20,000 nt of DNA from an uncultured virus (IMG/VR IMGVR_UViG_2846613599_000004) (lineage: Duplodnaviria > Heunggongvirae > Uroviricota > Caudoviricetes). Shown in pieces: positions 1 to 7,944 of this stretch (the first letter of the stretch is position 1; every line of letters starts with the position of its first letter). The stretch is from IMG/VR virus record IMGVR_UViG_2846613599_000004. One strand, given 5' to 3'. Both the position numbers and the translations under genes were made by a program. The notes under the pieces are model-generated. The model was not told the DNA's origin. It worked only from the letters and a program-made list of their open reading frames with translations, and made no database searches.

Positions 1-143
1 TTACTTCCTCGCTCTGCATTCTTTCGACCTCTCAGCCGATGCGGTTCGAGTCCCAGCCCTGCGGCGAAGTGACGAACTAGGCGGTATCGATAACAGGGGC
101 CGCCTCTGTAACCCTGTTACCTGCTCCTGCTTTTAACTGCCTG

Positions 144-183
144 AGCATATCACAAACTATACAGCTTTTAGGTGCAAAGCATA
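144..183 (-). promoter_or_regulatory. Probable late promoter (pR'-equivalent)
   Basis: Lies just downstream of the Q-like gene. The minus strand has TATAGT (156-161) and TATGCT (144-149) -10-like hexamers; the -35 assignment is ambiguous. Confidence 0.35.
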
Positions 184-226
184 ATAGTTTTCTCCTATTA
201 ATTATAATCACAGGTAAATAATTCTA

Positions 227-811
227 CTAATTACCGATAACTGTGGAATAAATCACATCTTCAATGATGGTATCAGCCCATCTGACCCTGCGCTTTGCTG
301 AGTCCATATCTATCCCCATCTCTCTGGCTAATGATTCGAGAACATTTTGCGGGCTTTTGCGGTTCTTATATCGTTTAATGACCACATCACGAAGCGGATT
401 ATTTAGCGGGAAAGCTTTGTTGATACAGGATTCAACGGCATCGGCGTCATCTTTTTCTTTGGCGAGTCGAAGTGCGCCGAGCGTTGAGTTGTTTGGTGAT
501 ACAATCTCCTTTACCTTTTCCAGTAGCTCGTTGCCGGAATATCCCTGTTTTTTGCAGTTACCAATGGTCACGCGGATCAGGGTGGCAGTTTCATCATCCC
601 ACTCGTCGCGCGACATCAGCTTTCCGATAATGTTTATTCCGCAATCACCAGGTGCCTCATCCCCGCGATAGTGCATTCCCCATAAAGTGAGAAGGTATCT
701 TGCCTGCGGTCTGTCCGATTTTTTTATTTTCCCTACTGATCCGCCCCACTTATCCCTGAGTTGCTTTTCAGTCCTGAAGCATGACAAATCTCTGAATGAA
801 CCTCTTTTCAT
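227..811 (-). CDS. Late antitermination protein Q-like (DUF1133-like)
   Basis: Occupies the Q position, coupled to ninH by an ATGA overlap. The LTLWG, KRY and RVRW..IIE..IY pattern resembles DUF1133-type Q proteins. Confidence 0.65.
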   Translation of the reverse strand: MKRGSFRDLSCFRTEKQLRDKWGGSVGKIKKSDRPQARYLLTLWGMHYRGDEAPGDCGINIIGKLMSRDEWDDETATLIRVTIGNCKKQGYSGNELLEKVKEIVSPNNSTLGALRLAKEKDDADAVESCINKAFPLNNPLRDVVIKRYKNRKSPQNVLESLAREMGIDMDSAKRRVRWADTIIEDVIYSTVIGN

Positions 812-1008
812 TGCCCTTTCCCCTGGTTGCCTTTCATCTTGGATTTGGTCATCAGCACGCCGTTGTAGATAACGTGCATTTCACACCGGGTATCACGGTG
901 AAACTTCCTGACTGTATGCCGGTTTATTCCCAGCTCGCTCGCCAGTGCAGTCATATTTCCGTGGTGCTTAATAAGCATTACCGGTATCGATGTGATTTCA
1001 GGTCGCAT
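808..1008 (-). CDS. ninH: NinH-like HTH protein
   Basis: SIPVMLIKHHGNMTALASELGINRHTVRKF...HVIYNGVLM is typical of NinH; located between ninG and Q. Confidence 0.85.
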   Translation of the reverse strand: MRPEITSIPVMLIKHHGNMTALASELGINRHTVRKFHRDTRCEMHVIYNGVLMTKSKMKGNQGKGQ

Positions 1009-1627
1009 TCTTCAGCTCCTTCACTTTGGCTCTGTACTCATCGCGGATTCTGATATAATCCTCCCGCTTCCAGTGCGGTATCTCATGCGGACCGCGCAAC
1101 CAGTCAACTAACTCCTGTCCAAACTTCTCAACCAACCGCAACTCGTACTGCTGCGTGACGGTGGCATTTTTTCGTGAGAATTTACCGGCACCGGCATTAC
1201 ATGATTTGCATTGCTTATATGCGTTGCGTTCATCAAATCTGAGCTCAGGATGCGACCCAACAGACAGGAAGTGACCACAATCCCACTGCCCACCATGTAA
1301 ATCAGGCGGATTGGTTTCACCGCAACTGATGCATGGCTCATCACGGTCTCTGAGTCGGATAAATTGGTTAAACGCTGTTTGGGCTTGCTGCCGAAAATAA
1401 GAGGTGGGCTTTACTGCTAACTTGCGGATTTTTAACTTATCTTTTTCTTCACGTTCCTGCTTCCTTCGCTCCTTCTTCAATTTTGCCAGTGCTTTTTCTG
1501 CTGCCTTTTGCCTTCGTCGCTGTGATAGCTCCAGCCCATGCTCAGGACAACACCACTCAATATTGTCATACTTCGGGTGAAACCATTCTCGGCATATCAG
1601 GCATTTTCGCCGCGGTTGCTTTGCCAC
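998..1627 (-). CDS. ninG: NinG/Rap recombination endonuclease
   Basis: RRKCLIC, FIRLRD..PCISCG, WDCGHFLSVG..PELRF..N..KQCKSCN motifs. GTG at 1627 has a well-spaced AGGAG; the ATG at 1636 is the alternative start. Confidence 0.9.
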   Translation of the reverse strand: MAKQPRRKCLICREWFHPKYDNIEWCCPEHGLELSQRRRQKAAEKALAKLKKERRKQEREEKDKLKIRKLAVKPTSYFRQQAQTAFNQFIRLRDRDEPCISCGETNPPDLHGGQWDCGHFLSVGSHPELRFDERNAYKQCKSCNAGAGKFSRKNATVTQQYELRLVEKFGQELVDWLRGPHEIPHWKREDYIRIRDEYRAKVKELKNAT

Positions 1628-1745
1628 TCTCACCATCTCCTTTTATCTTCTCGACTACTTCCAGATGCGGACATTCACTGGCGCACTGGTCGCACAACCA
1701 CGTTTCATCGTCAGCCAGTTCTTTACTGCACAGTTGGCATGTCAT
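1566..1745 (-). CDS. ninF: NinF-like zinc-binding protein, 59 aa (not in ORF track)
   Basis: Hand translation [28 protein letters not shown]... has two CxxC pairs. ATGA overlap with the phosphatase gene; nin synteny. Confidence 0.65.
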   Translation of the reverse strand: MTCQLCSKELADDETWLCDQCASECPHLEVVEKIKGDGESGKATAAKMPDMPRMVSPEV

Positions 1746-2401
1746 TGTATTTTCCTCAGCGTCAGGCCATAGCCGAATACTGCGCCTGTATCGATATATT
1801 CCTGGTTGGCTCGTTTCCCGATACCTTTAATCATCGGTGTGTGCCCGAAAATAAACAGGTCAGCACCTTTAATTTCCCGTGGCATGTCGTCAGCCACACG
1901 TTCACGGCTCCAGATGACGGCCTGCTCATCTACTGGTTTCCCGAACTCGTATTCATCTGATGGATAATCAGCATGGGAAATTACAACCTTCTTTCCGTTC
2001 GTGATGACCTCGATAATCAGGGGCAGTTTTTCGGCTTTCGCCAGACATGCCCGAGATAAAATCTCTTTGTCGTAGTCCTGAAGGAAAAACCAGTTCCCGC
2101 CGTTATACAGCCAGTTATTGACATCACCGCCATTGAACAGGGCATCAATCGCCATTTGCTCATGATTCCCACGAATAGCCGTAAACCACTTTTCATTGAG
2201 CAAATCTAAACACTCGACGTTTTGATCCCCCCTATCTATCAGGTCACCTACAGAAATGATTAGGTCAGTCTGTTTATCAAAATCAATTTGTTGTATCTTA
2301 CCAATCAGTAACTGATAGCATCCGTGCAGGTCGCCAACCACCCAAATATGCCGATATTGATCACCGTTGATTCGCTGGTATATTCCGTTTCTCTCACCCA
2401 C
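1742..2401 (-). CDS. ninI: Ser/Thr protein phosphatase (lambda NinI/PphA family)
   Basis: GDLHG, GDLIDRG, RGNHE, FGHTP and IDTGAVF metallophosphoesterase motifs. GTG start at 2401 follows GGGAGG. Confidence 0.92.
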   Translation of the reverse strand: MGERNGIYQRINGDQYRHIWVVGDLHGCYQLLIGKIQQIDFDKQTDLIISVGDLIDRGDQNVECLDLLNEKWFTAIRGNHEQMAIDALFNGGDVNNWLYNGGNWFFLQDYDKEILSRACLAKAEKLPLIIEVITNGKKVVISHADYPSDEYEFGKPVDEQAVIWSRERVADDMPREIKGADLFIFGHTPMIKGIGKRANQEYIDTGAVFGYGLTLRKIQ

Positions 2402-2810
2402 AGCGTACCTCCCGCAGCATTGCGTCAATTTCATTGATGAACGACCACCCGAACCCAGGCTCAAACGGGCGTGTTCTGGATTTTGGACGCGATGCCTTCT
2501 CCTTGACTACCGTCATCCTTGCCTTAGCTACCGGGGTCGGCTTTTCGGCCAGGCTGCTGAAATGCGCCCTGACTTTGGATGCCGCACGGTCATCAAAGGC
2601 GTAATAAACCTGACTGCCTTTCCTGCGCACGGCGTGGACACTGCCGATATCCTGCAACAGCCGGACAAATTTAGCGTCTATCATGCTGCCAAGACCGGTA
2701 GCCTGCGAAACCATCCTGACCGTGAAGGTGTCATGGTGGCGAAGTGACCGGATTATTTTCAGGCACATGTCCTGCTTCTGCTCATTGGTGTGAAGGTATT
2801 GTCTTGCCAT
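2394..2810 (-). CDS. Hypothetical protein, possible winged-helix N-terminus
   Basis: ORF tiles between neighbouring genes; start adjusted to MARQYL at 2810. Confidence 0.6.
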   Translation of the reverse strand: MARQYLHTNEQKQDMCLKIIRSLRHHDTFTVRMVSQATGLGSMIDAKFVRLLQDIGSVHAVRRKGSQVYYAFDDRAASKVRAHFSSLAEKPTPVAKARMTVVKEKASRPKSRTRPFEPGFGWSFINEIDAMLREVRCG

Positions 2811-2820
2811 GATTTTTCCC

Positions 2821-3267
2821 TCAAAAAAATGACAGCAACCGGTTCTCAGTGATGTCACTACATCCCCGGAAGATGTGTTTTAATGCGGCATTGACTATCG
2901 CGTGATAACAGCGTTCAAACTCGTCTGATTCCATATCGCCGTAAGCAAGGCTTTTAGCCTCTGTGCGGACACTTCCGTCTAACCTGACCGTTTGCTCATA
3001 GAATCCGGCAAGTATCGTCAGATCCTTCCTGAAGCGGTCAAATTGGCTGTGCTCATCCATATTCTCCAGTCCGGCGCGATTACCACACCAGTGGTCAAAG
3101 CAGAACTTGAAGAAAGCGAACATTTTTCGGTGAAAGGATGGATTGCGGGAAAGTTTGATATTGAAGGCGTACCATTCGCCGTTTTTGAACTTTGTTAATC
3201 GCGGTAGGTCGTGCTCAAATGCCGGTACAAATACGCCGTTAGCGCCTTTGACCATGCTTATTTCCAT
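2821..3267 (-). CDS. DUF1367 family phage protein
   Basis: RNPSFHRKMFA, FDRFRKDLTILAGFY and AKSLAYGDM...FERCY match DUF1367 nin-region proteins. Confidence 0.8.
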   Translation of the reverse strand: MEISMVKGANGVFVPAFEHDLPRLTKFKNGEWYAFNIKLSRNPSFHRKMFAFFKFCFDHWCGNRAGLENMDEHSQFDRFRKDLTILAGFYEQTVRLDGSVRTEAKSLAYGDMESDEFERCYHAIVNAALKHIFRGCSDITENRLLSFF

Positions 3268-3576
3268 TTAGCCTCCTAATTTACCCTCGCTGTACAGTGG
3301 CAACCAGACGCAGCGGTGTACAAACTGAATGAAGTGAAACAGGAACTCGCGGGTCTGTGATTCGCGATAGCCTGTTGCCTCATCGACCATGTTGATTATT
3401 GCGTTTTCGCTAAACCTCGGCAGAGACACACCGTAAATGCGCTGAAAATTGGAGACCAGCTCATCCTCTTCCAGGCAACGCTGAACGATACCGATAAACA
3501 CCGGATGTTCCGCTATCGTGCGCCGGATTTCGTCTGGTAATTTGTGAGGCTTAAGCTTCTGTGTTTTCTCTGTCAT
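3268..3576 (-). CDS. Hypothetical phage protein
   Basis: Start at MTEKTQ with an AGGAG RBS; abuts both neighbours. Confidence 0.6.
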   Translation of the reverse strand: MTEKTQKLKPHKLPDEIRRTIAEHPVFIGIVQRCLEEDELVSNFQRIYGVSLPRFSENAIINMVDEATGYRESQTREFLFHFIQFVHRCVWLPLYSEGKLGG

Positions 3577-3848
3577 TTCTGTAGCTCCTTCAATTCCTGA
3601 ATCTGCTCTTTGGTCAGGCTGTCCAGCGAATACCAATCAGTAAAATATGGGGTAATCGATTTCCAAGCGCTTGGAAAACCAACCATAAACGTTCCGATAA
3701 AAATAACCGGCAGGAACGACAGCACCAGAAACCATTTATCGTAATAGCACTCAAGATAGCCATCGTCCGACATAACCGAGTGCTGATAAAACGCCAGGCG
3801 GCGGGTGGGGAATAGTCGGTTGTGAATCTTCCGTTTTATTTTCATCAC
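3573..3848 (-). CDS. Hypothetical membrane protein
   Basis: Hydrophobic segment WFLVLSFLPVIFIGTFMVGF; 4-nt overlaps with both neighbours. Confidence 0.6.
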   Translation of the reverse strand: MMKIKRKIHNRLFPTRRLAFYQHSVMSDDGYLECYYDKWFLVLSFLPVIFIGTFMVGFPSAWKSITPYFTDWYSLDSLTKEQIQELKELQK

Positions 3849-4087
3849 TCCTCCGGTGGTTGTGGCAGTGGCATCCAGTGGGTAATATTGGAGTAATCGT
3901 CATCCTCAATAAACTCATCACCGAGGCTAATCATGTTGTCGCATGAAATCGCCCACACCCATCCATCGCCACAGGAATCTGACCGCATGAAAGCGTGGTA
4001 TGCAAACTCGCCTTTACGGTCAAACCATCCAGCCAATACCGGTACTTTGATTTCTGGCAGTTGCTCACTTGTCTTAATCCATTCCAT
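3845..4087 (-). CDS. DUF551 domain protein
   Basis: MEWIKTSEQLPE start and ITHWMPLPQPP end are DUF551 hallmarks. Confidence 0.85.
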   Translation of the reverse strand: MEWIKTSEQLPEIKVPVLAGWFDRKGEFAYHAFMRSDSCGDGWVWAISCDNMISLGDEFIEDDDYSNITHWMPLPQPPEE

Positions 4088-4283
4088 CTTCATCTCCTTT
4101 TGGCGGTGTCTGGTACGGCAGTCTGCTGCGAACTCCGGCCATGTAGGATCGATATCTACTTTCAATTCCAGAAAGTGCATAAGTCCAATGCCCATCCTGA
4201 TGCTCTCTCCTGAAGCTTGTGACCATACTGACGGGGACGTGAAGCTCTTTCGCGCACCACTTTTCAAAATCCGTTGGTTCCAT
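4074..4283 (-). CDS. Hypothetical phage protein
   Basis: MEPTDFEKW start, preceded by the GGAGGACTTTTGATT RBS. Confidence 0.6.
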   Translation of the reverse strand: MEPTDFEKWCAKELHVPVSMVTSFRREHQDGHWTYALSGIESRYRSYMAGVRSRLPYQTPPKGDEDGMD

Positions 4284-4481
4284 AATCAAAAGTCCTCCGT
4301 GCCCTATCCGCGAACCCGCGTTGCTGTTCTGATATTTTCGTATGCCTCAAATGCCTCCACGCGCTCAACGCCATCACACTCTTTTGCATAGGCATACATG
4401 GCCTTTTCAGCTTCACGGTGTTTTTCCAGTGCAATGCGTTTTAATTCTGCGAGTTGTTCTGTAGTCATAATCAAAAGTCCT
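4281..4481. repeat. 16-bp exact direct repeat CATAATCAAAAGTCCT (4281-4296, 4466-4481)
   Basis: Read directly; on the minus strand each copy is an RBS plus start codon (AGGACTTTTGATTATG). Confidence 0.9.
4304..4468 (-). CDS. Small helical protein, 54 aa (not in ORF track)
   Basis: MTTEQLAELKRIALEKHREAEKAMYAYAKECDGVERVEAFEAYENIRTATRVRG, with an AAGGA RBS; fills the gap after P. Confidence 0.65.
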   Translation of the reverse strand: MTTEQLAELKRIALEKHREAEKAMYAYAKECDGVERVEAFEAYENIRTATRVRG

Positions 4482-4492
4482 TCTGTCTTGGG

Positions 4493-5191
4493 TTATGCCG
4501 TCCGCGTCCGGAAACCGAACTTGGCCTTTAATTCTGCGATATGCGCCAGTGCTTTTTCCTTCGGTACTGGGATGTGTAGCTTAGGGATTTGCACACACGG
4601 TGCCGGAATTTCTTCACCGGATCGGATTCTGGATGCCATCACCGCCAGCTCCTGAGCACAGCGTTTTTTCAGTTCTGACTCGGTCAGGCCGGATGCGCGA
4701 CTCAGTGCGTGCAACTTCGTGACCATCCAATAACAGGCGTTGTTCTGCCACGGATAATCCTCTGCTGTCCGGTACATGCTGCGGTTAGCACTGAACTTCA
4801 TGATCATGTCGTAAAGCTCATCGGCATCAGGTAATCCAACACCAGTGGAATCATTCTGGCGGCACCCTTCGATAAACTGACCAGGTGACGGCCAGAACGG
4901 AGTTTTACTTGCCCGCGCCCAGCGCATCCCTGCGGATAGCTGCTCTTTGGTGCTAATCCCGTTTTCGGCAAATGCTGCGATCCACTGCTGCTTTGCGTAA
5001 CGCTCATCATCGGGTGATTTCAGGTTGGTTTGTGCTGCGGCAGGGAAAACCTGTTTTAATTGCCTGAACAAAGCATCAACCAATTGTTCTGCCTCTGGAT
5101 TTATAACTTTTCCTCTGGCAGGCATCTGAGACATTTTCGCCAGTGCTCCGGCATCACGATTGGCAATTGCAGTAACGATGTTTGGTTTCAC
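4493..5191 (-). CDS. P: Replication protein P (lambda-type helicase loader)
   Basis: LFRQLKQVFPA, KQQWIAAFAENGI, PFWPSPGQFI and GLPDADEL motifs. GTG start overlaps the O stop codon. Confidence 0.9.
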   Translation of the reverse strand: MKPNIVTAIANRDAGALAKMSQMPARGKVINPEAEQLVDALFRQLKQVFPAAAQTNLKSPDDERYAKQQWIAAFAENGISTKEQLSAGMRWARASKTPFWPSPGQFIEGCRQNDSTGVGLPDADELYDMIMKFSANRSMYRTAEDYPWQNNACYWMVTKLHALSRASGLTESELKKRCAQELAVMASRIRSGEEIPAPCVQIPKLHIPVPKEKALAHIAELKAKFGFRTRTA

Positions 5192-6165
5192 AGAAAGCCC
5201 TCCCATGATTCGGCAGTGTTCCAATCGACAGGCTGATCAGGTGTTGCGACACGTTGCGCTCTCCCCGGTTGCTGACTTTGGATCGCCAGCGTAGGCCACT
5301 TCTCGCGAAGCTTTGCAGGGCACAGGACATTCGAACACCAGAACGGATCTTTGTTCGCCCACTGGAATAACCGGCAGATTTCTTCGTGCGTCCTGCCGTC
5401 AATCTGGCGCATCAGGCGGATATCGTTCGCCCAATTGTGCCAGGCAGGTTCGGCTGCTGTCGGGCAGACGATTTGGATTTTGCTGTAAATCCATTCGGCG
5501 GCTTTCAGGTCGTCAGCAGTTCCCCACTTGTCACCTTTCGGTGAACTGACCTCGGCTTCCGGTTTTGCTTTGCGAGGCGAAGATTTTGACTTTCTCGGAC
5601 GATCATTAAATACGTTAGTATTTAATATATCTTGTTCATGATGTGCGGATGTATGTGCGCCTCCATGTGCGGCACCACCTCCTGAAGCCTTGCTATTACT
5701 GGCTTCATCATGTGCGGGTGTATGTGCGTTGTTATGTGCGGGTAAATTGTCCATATTTTGAGCATAATCACTGTAATTTGTGATGGTAATCACGGTGCCC
5801 TTATGCCTCTCCCCGGCAATTGAAATCATCCCATCGCGCACAAAAACATCGAGCATTCTGTTAACGGCATCACGGCTGGCTGGCTTGCCGTTACGGTCAC
5901 ACAGATTCTTTCCGAGATCCGCCGGTGTGGTGACCAGTTGCCCGGCTTTAAGTGACCATTTATTACCCTTAAAATCAGCAATATAATCACCCTTCTGTGC
6001 TTCAAAAAGCAGGTTTTCCCATAAGGTACGGAGAAAAACATCCTTGCCCCACGGCTTGTTTCTGATGCTCCTGTACAACAGGATGAAACCGAGTTTCTGG
6101 TTCTCCATCCGGTTGCTCCTCTGCTGTCTCGCTACGTTGATGTCATACAATTCCGCTGTATTCAT
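5188..6165 (-). CDS. O: Replication initiator protein O
   Basis: C-terminal WANDIRLMR..DGRTHEEIC.LF.WA..D.FW..NVLCPAKLREKW is lambda O-like. Contains internal iterons and has a GGAGG RBS. Confidence 0.9.
   Translation of the reverse strand: MNTAELYDINVARQQRSNRMENQKLGFILLYRSIRNKPWGKDVFLRTLWENLLFEAQKGDYIADFKGNKWSLKAGQLVTTPADLGKNLCDRNGKPASRDAVNRMLDVFVRDGMISIAGERHKGTVITITNYSDYAQNMDNLPAHNNAHTPAHDEASNSKASGGGAAHGGAHTSAHHEQDILNTNVFNDRPRKSKSSPRKAKPEAEVSSPKGDKWGTADDLKAAEWIYSKIQIVCPTAAEPAWHNWANDIRLMRQIDGRTHEEICRLFQWANKDPFWCSNVLCPAKLREKWPTLAIQSQQPGRAQRVATPDQPVDWNTAESWEGFL
5605..5740. repeat. Replication origin: six ATGTGCG iteron cores plus an AT-rich tract
   Basis: ATGTGCG at 5641, 5653, 5665 and 5710, 5722, 5734 (12-bp period), inside O and next to the AT-rich 5605-5632 segment. 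Confidence 0.8.
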
Positions 6166-6180
6166 AGCGACCTCCATGTC

Positions 6181-6209
6181 TTTGTTTCGTAATTACTTTC
6201 ATGTATAAT
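6181..6209 (+). promoter_or_regulatory. Candidate antisense (oop-like) promoter
   Basis: TTTGTT/TTGTTT, then 16-17 bp, then a perfect TATAAT (6204-6209), pointing into the cII 3' end. Confidence 0.5.
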
Positions 6210-6268
6210 TACTCCGTCGTTATCTGTATCAAAAAAGGGGAAACCGTATATTCCCCTTTCCTAAATCA

Positions 6269-6284
6269 CTGGTTATTGATACAG
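6269..6284. promoter_or_regulatory. LexA (SOS) box
   Basis: CTGGTTATTGATACAG is CTG-N10-CAG with an AT-rich core, between cII and O, where lambda has its oop LexA site. Confidence 0.65.
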
Positions 6285-6296
6285 TTTGAATGTAGT

Positions 6297-6632
6297 TCAG
6301 ATTGTTAACTCAATTTGATCCTGAGCCTCGGTTACAGCCGGGGCTTTTCTTTTTGGTGTTCTGATATGACCGAGCATCTGAATCAGTGCCCTGGCCTCAT
6401 CACCCTGCAACACAACCATGTCTTCCCCGCCCTCATATTCAATTGCCGCCAGTAAACGAGCGCAGCGCTGTATGAAGCTGAGATTTTCTTTATGTTGTGG
6501 TGACTGCCACCGGGAGATTTGAGATTCGTGTATGCCCGTTCTGTGCGCAATTTCACGCGCGCCGGTTGAATGAATCCCTTTGAGGATTTTTGTCTCGATT
6601 TCACGAAACTTGCGTTCGTTTGATAATCCCAT
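6297..6632 (-). CDS. cII: CII transcriptional activator
   Basis: IETKILKGI...REIAHRTGIHESQISRW HTH and ARLLAAIEY; located between cro and O. Confidence 0.88.
   Translation of the reverse strand: MGLSNERKFREIETKILKGIHSTGAREIAHRTGIHESQISRWQSPQHKENLSFIQRCARLLAAIEYEGGEDMVVLQGDEARALIQMLGHIRTPKRKAPAVTEAQDQIELTI
6324..6354 (+). terminator. oop-like intrinsic terminator (t0 equivalent) within the cII 3' end
   Basis: AGCCTCGGT-TACA-GCCGGGGCT hairpin followed by TTTCTTTTT, antisense to cII. Confidence 0.65.
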
Positions 6633-6725
6633 AATTCATAATGTCCTTATTGAGATACAGTTATTCACTCACTTCCTGTGAGGTGGCTGTGTTGAAAAAA
6701 TGTAATTTGGTGGGTTCTGCCTCTT

Positions 6726-6786
6726 CGGTACATTGTCTCCTTGGAGATACGCCGCCCGCCCGACAATATGCTGTGCCGTTCAGCTA
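6726..6786 (-). ncRNA. putR-like cis-acting antiterminator RNA
   Basis: Minus strand reads TA-GCTG-AAC-GGCA-CAGC-ATAT-TGTC-GGG-CGGGC-GGCG-TA-TCTC-CAAG-GAGA-CAAT-GT-A-CCG. Same architecture as the 9694 element; lies immediately after cro. Confidence 0.75.
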
Positions 6787-6802
6787 CTGATTTTTGGTTG
6801 TC

Positions 6803-7030
6803 TTATGCAGCAAGTTCAGGCCAGTTTTTTTCCCAGTCTTCTGGATATAAATGCTGGCGTTTAACTACTGAGTTGCTATTTTTTTCAATGAGCACACATA
6901 GCTCTGTGCCGAGTTTTGTGCCCTTTGAAATTGCCTTTCTCAGGTATCCGATAGTTGTTCCGCATTTTTTTGCGAAAGACTCTTGTTCTGATACTGAGAG
7001 CGCATTTAGGAAAATCCGTAATTGTTCCAT
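6803..7030 (-). CDS. cro: Cro-like repressor (YdaS family)
   Basis: FAKKCGTTIGYLRKAIS HTH and DWEKNWPELAA end; divergent from cI; ATG at 7030 follows AAGGA. Confidence 0.88.
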   Translation of the reverse strand: MEQLRIFLNALSVSEQESFAKKCGTTIGYLRKAISKGTKLGTELCVLIEKNSNSVVKRQHLYPEDWEKNWPELAA

Positions 7031-7061
7031 GCGTTGTCCTTGTTTACCTATGCGTGAGATA

Positions 7062-7118
7062 AATATACCTGTAGGTATACATTTAATCAATACCCGTAGG
7101 CAATTTACCGAAAGGTAA
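7062..7118. promoter_or_regulatory. oR operators and pR
   Basis: WTACC-N4-GGYAW palindromes at 7065-7078, 7090-7103 and 7105-7118. Minus strand has TTGATT (7085-7090), 17 bp, TATATT (7062-7067). Confidence 0.85.
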
Positions 7119-7138
7119 TTTTGTCGGATGATTTAGGT

Positions 7139-7837
7139 ATGAATGCTGAAAACGATTTATTTGAGAAAAGAAGGCAAAAGCTATCCGAACTTGTTTCCCA
7201 ATATGGGACGCAGGAAGAGTTTGCTCGCGCTATAGGGAAGGACAAATCTTACGTATCCAGAATGCTTTATCCTCCAGAAAAGAAGGGGTATAAGCGTATA
7301 GGGGACAAAATGGTTCTTGCTATTCAAGCCGCTTTAGGTCTGCCTCATGGCTGGCTGGATGGAATTGTAGGCACGGATATTCCTGCACCGTCGCCAAGTA
7401 CATCCTACAAAGTGGAAATCCTCGATGTTGAAGCCAGCGCTGGCCCTGGCGTTATGGTTTTAGATGATTTTATTGAAACCATCACGGCAATTGAGTATTC
7501 AGCGGAAGAAGCCAAGAGGTTGTTTGGCGGAAGGCCAGCTGATACCGTTAAGATGATCACTGTGAAAGGTGACTCTATGGCTGACACATTCGAGCCACGC
7601 GATCAGATATTCGTTGATATGAATGTTAACCATTTTGACGGTGATGGAATCTATGTTTTCATACTGGACAATCAGCTCTATATCAAACGCCTGCAAATGC
7701 AGCACAAGCGCCTTGCTGTGATATCAGATAACCCAAAATATGAAACATGGCACCTGCATGAAGATTCTATTGATGGTGTCTTCATACAGGCTAAGGTACT
7801 CGTGAGCCAGTCTATTAAGTATAAATTCCACGGCTAA
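7139..7837 (+). CDS. cI: CI repressor (HTH plus S24 autopeptidase)
   Basis: QEEFARAIGKDKSYVSRML HTH, ASAGPG cleavage site, VKGDSM catalytic Ser and YIKRL catalytic Lys. Confidence 0.95.
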   Translation: MNAENDLFEKRRQKLSELVSQYGTQEEFARAIGKDKSYVSRMLYPPEKKGYKRIGDKMVLAIQAALGLPHGWLDGIVGTDIPAPSPSTSYKVEILDVEASAGPGVMVLDDFIETITAIEYSAEEAKRLFGGRPADTVKMITVKGDSMADTFEPRDQIFVDMNVNHFDGDGIYVFILDNQLYIKRLQMQHKRLAVISDNPKYETWHLHEDSIDGVFIQAKVLVSQSIKYKFHG

Positions 7838-7861
7838 CAGTGGCCTGACGACACGTTTTAG
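7838..7861 (+). pseudogene. Vestigial 3' end of a lambda-type cI (QWPDDTF*)
   Basis: CAG TGG CCT GAC GAC ACG TTT TAG is in frame after the cI stop and resembles the lambda CI terminus QWPEETFG. Confidence 0.55.
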
Positions 7862-7944
7862 GGTGTGGTTGACATTCTTTACTTCAATATTTCTTGGTTT
7901 GCCGCACAAAATTGATAATGACACTACAGGTGATGTCATATAAT

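Noticed and set aside
41..58. GGTTCGAGTCC resembling a tRNA T-arm
   Set aside because: Only 2 bp of T-stem form, and no acceptor, D or anticodon arm can be built.
127..138. GTTAAAAGCAGG shared between the late leader (minus strand) and 10684-10695 (plus strand)
   Set aside because: A single 12-mer in different structural contexts; chance cannot be excluded.
264..5986. Plus-strand ORFs across the nin and replication region, and other short antisense ORFs
   Set aside because: They lie opposite well-supported, tightly tiled genes and have no recognisable motifs.
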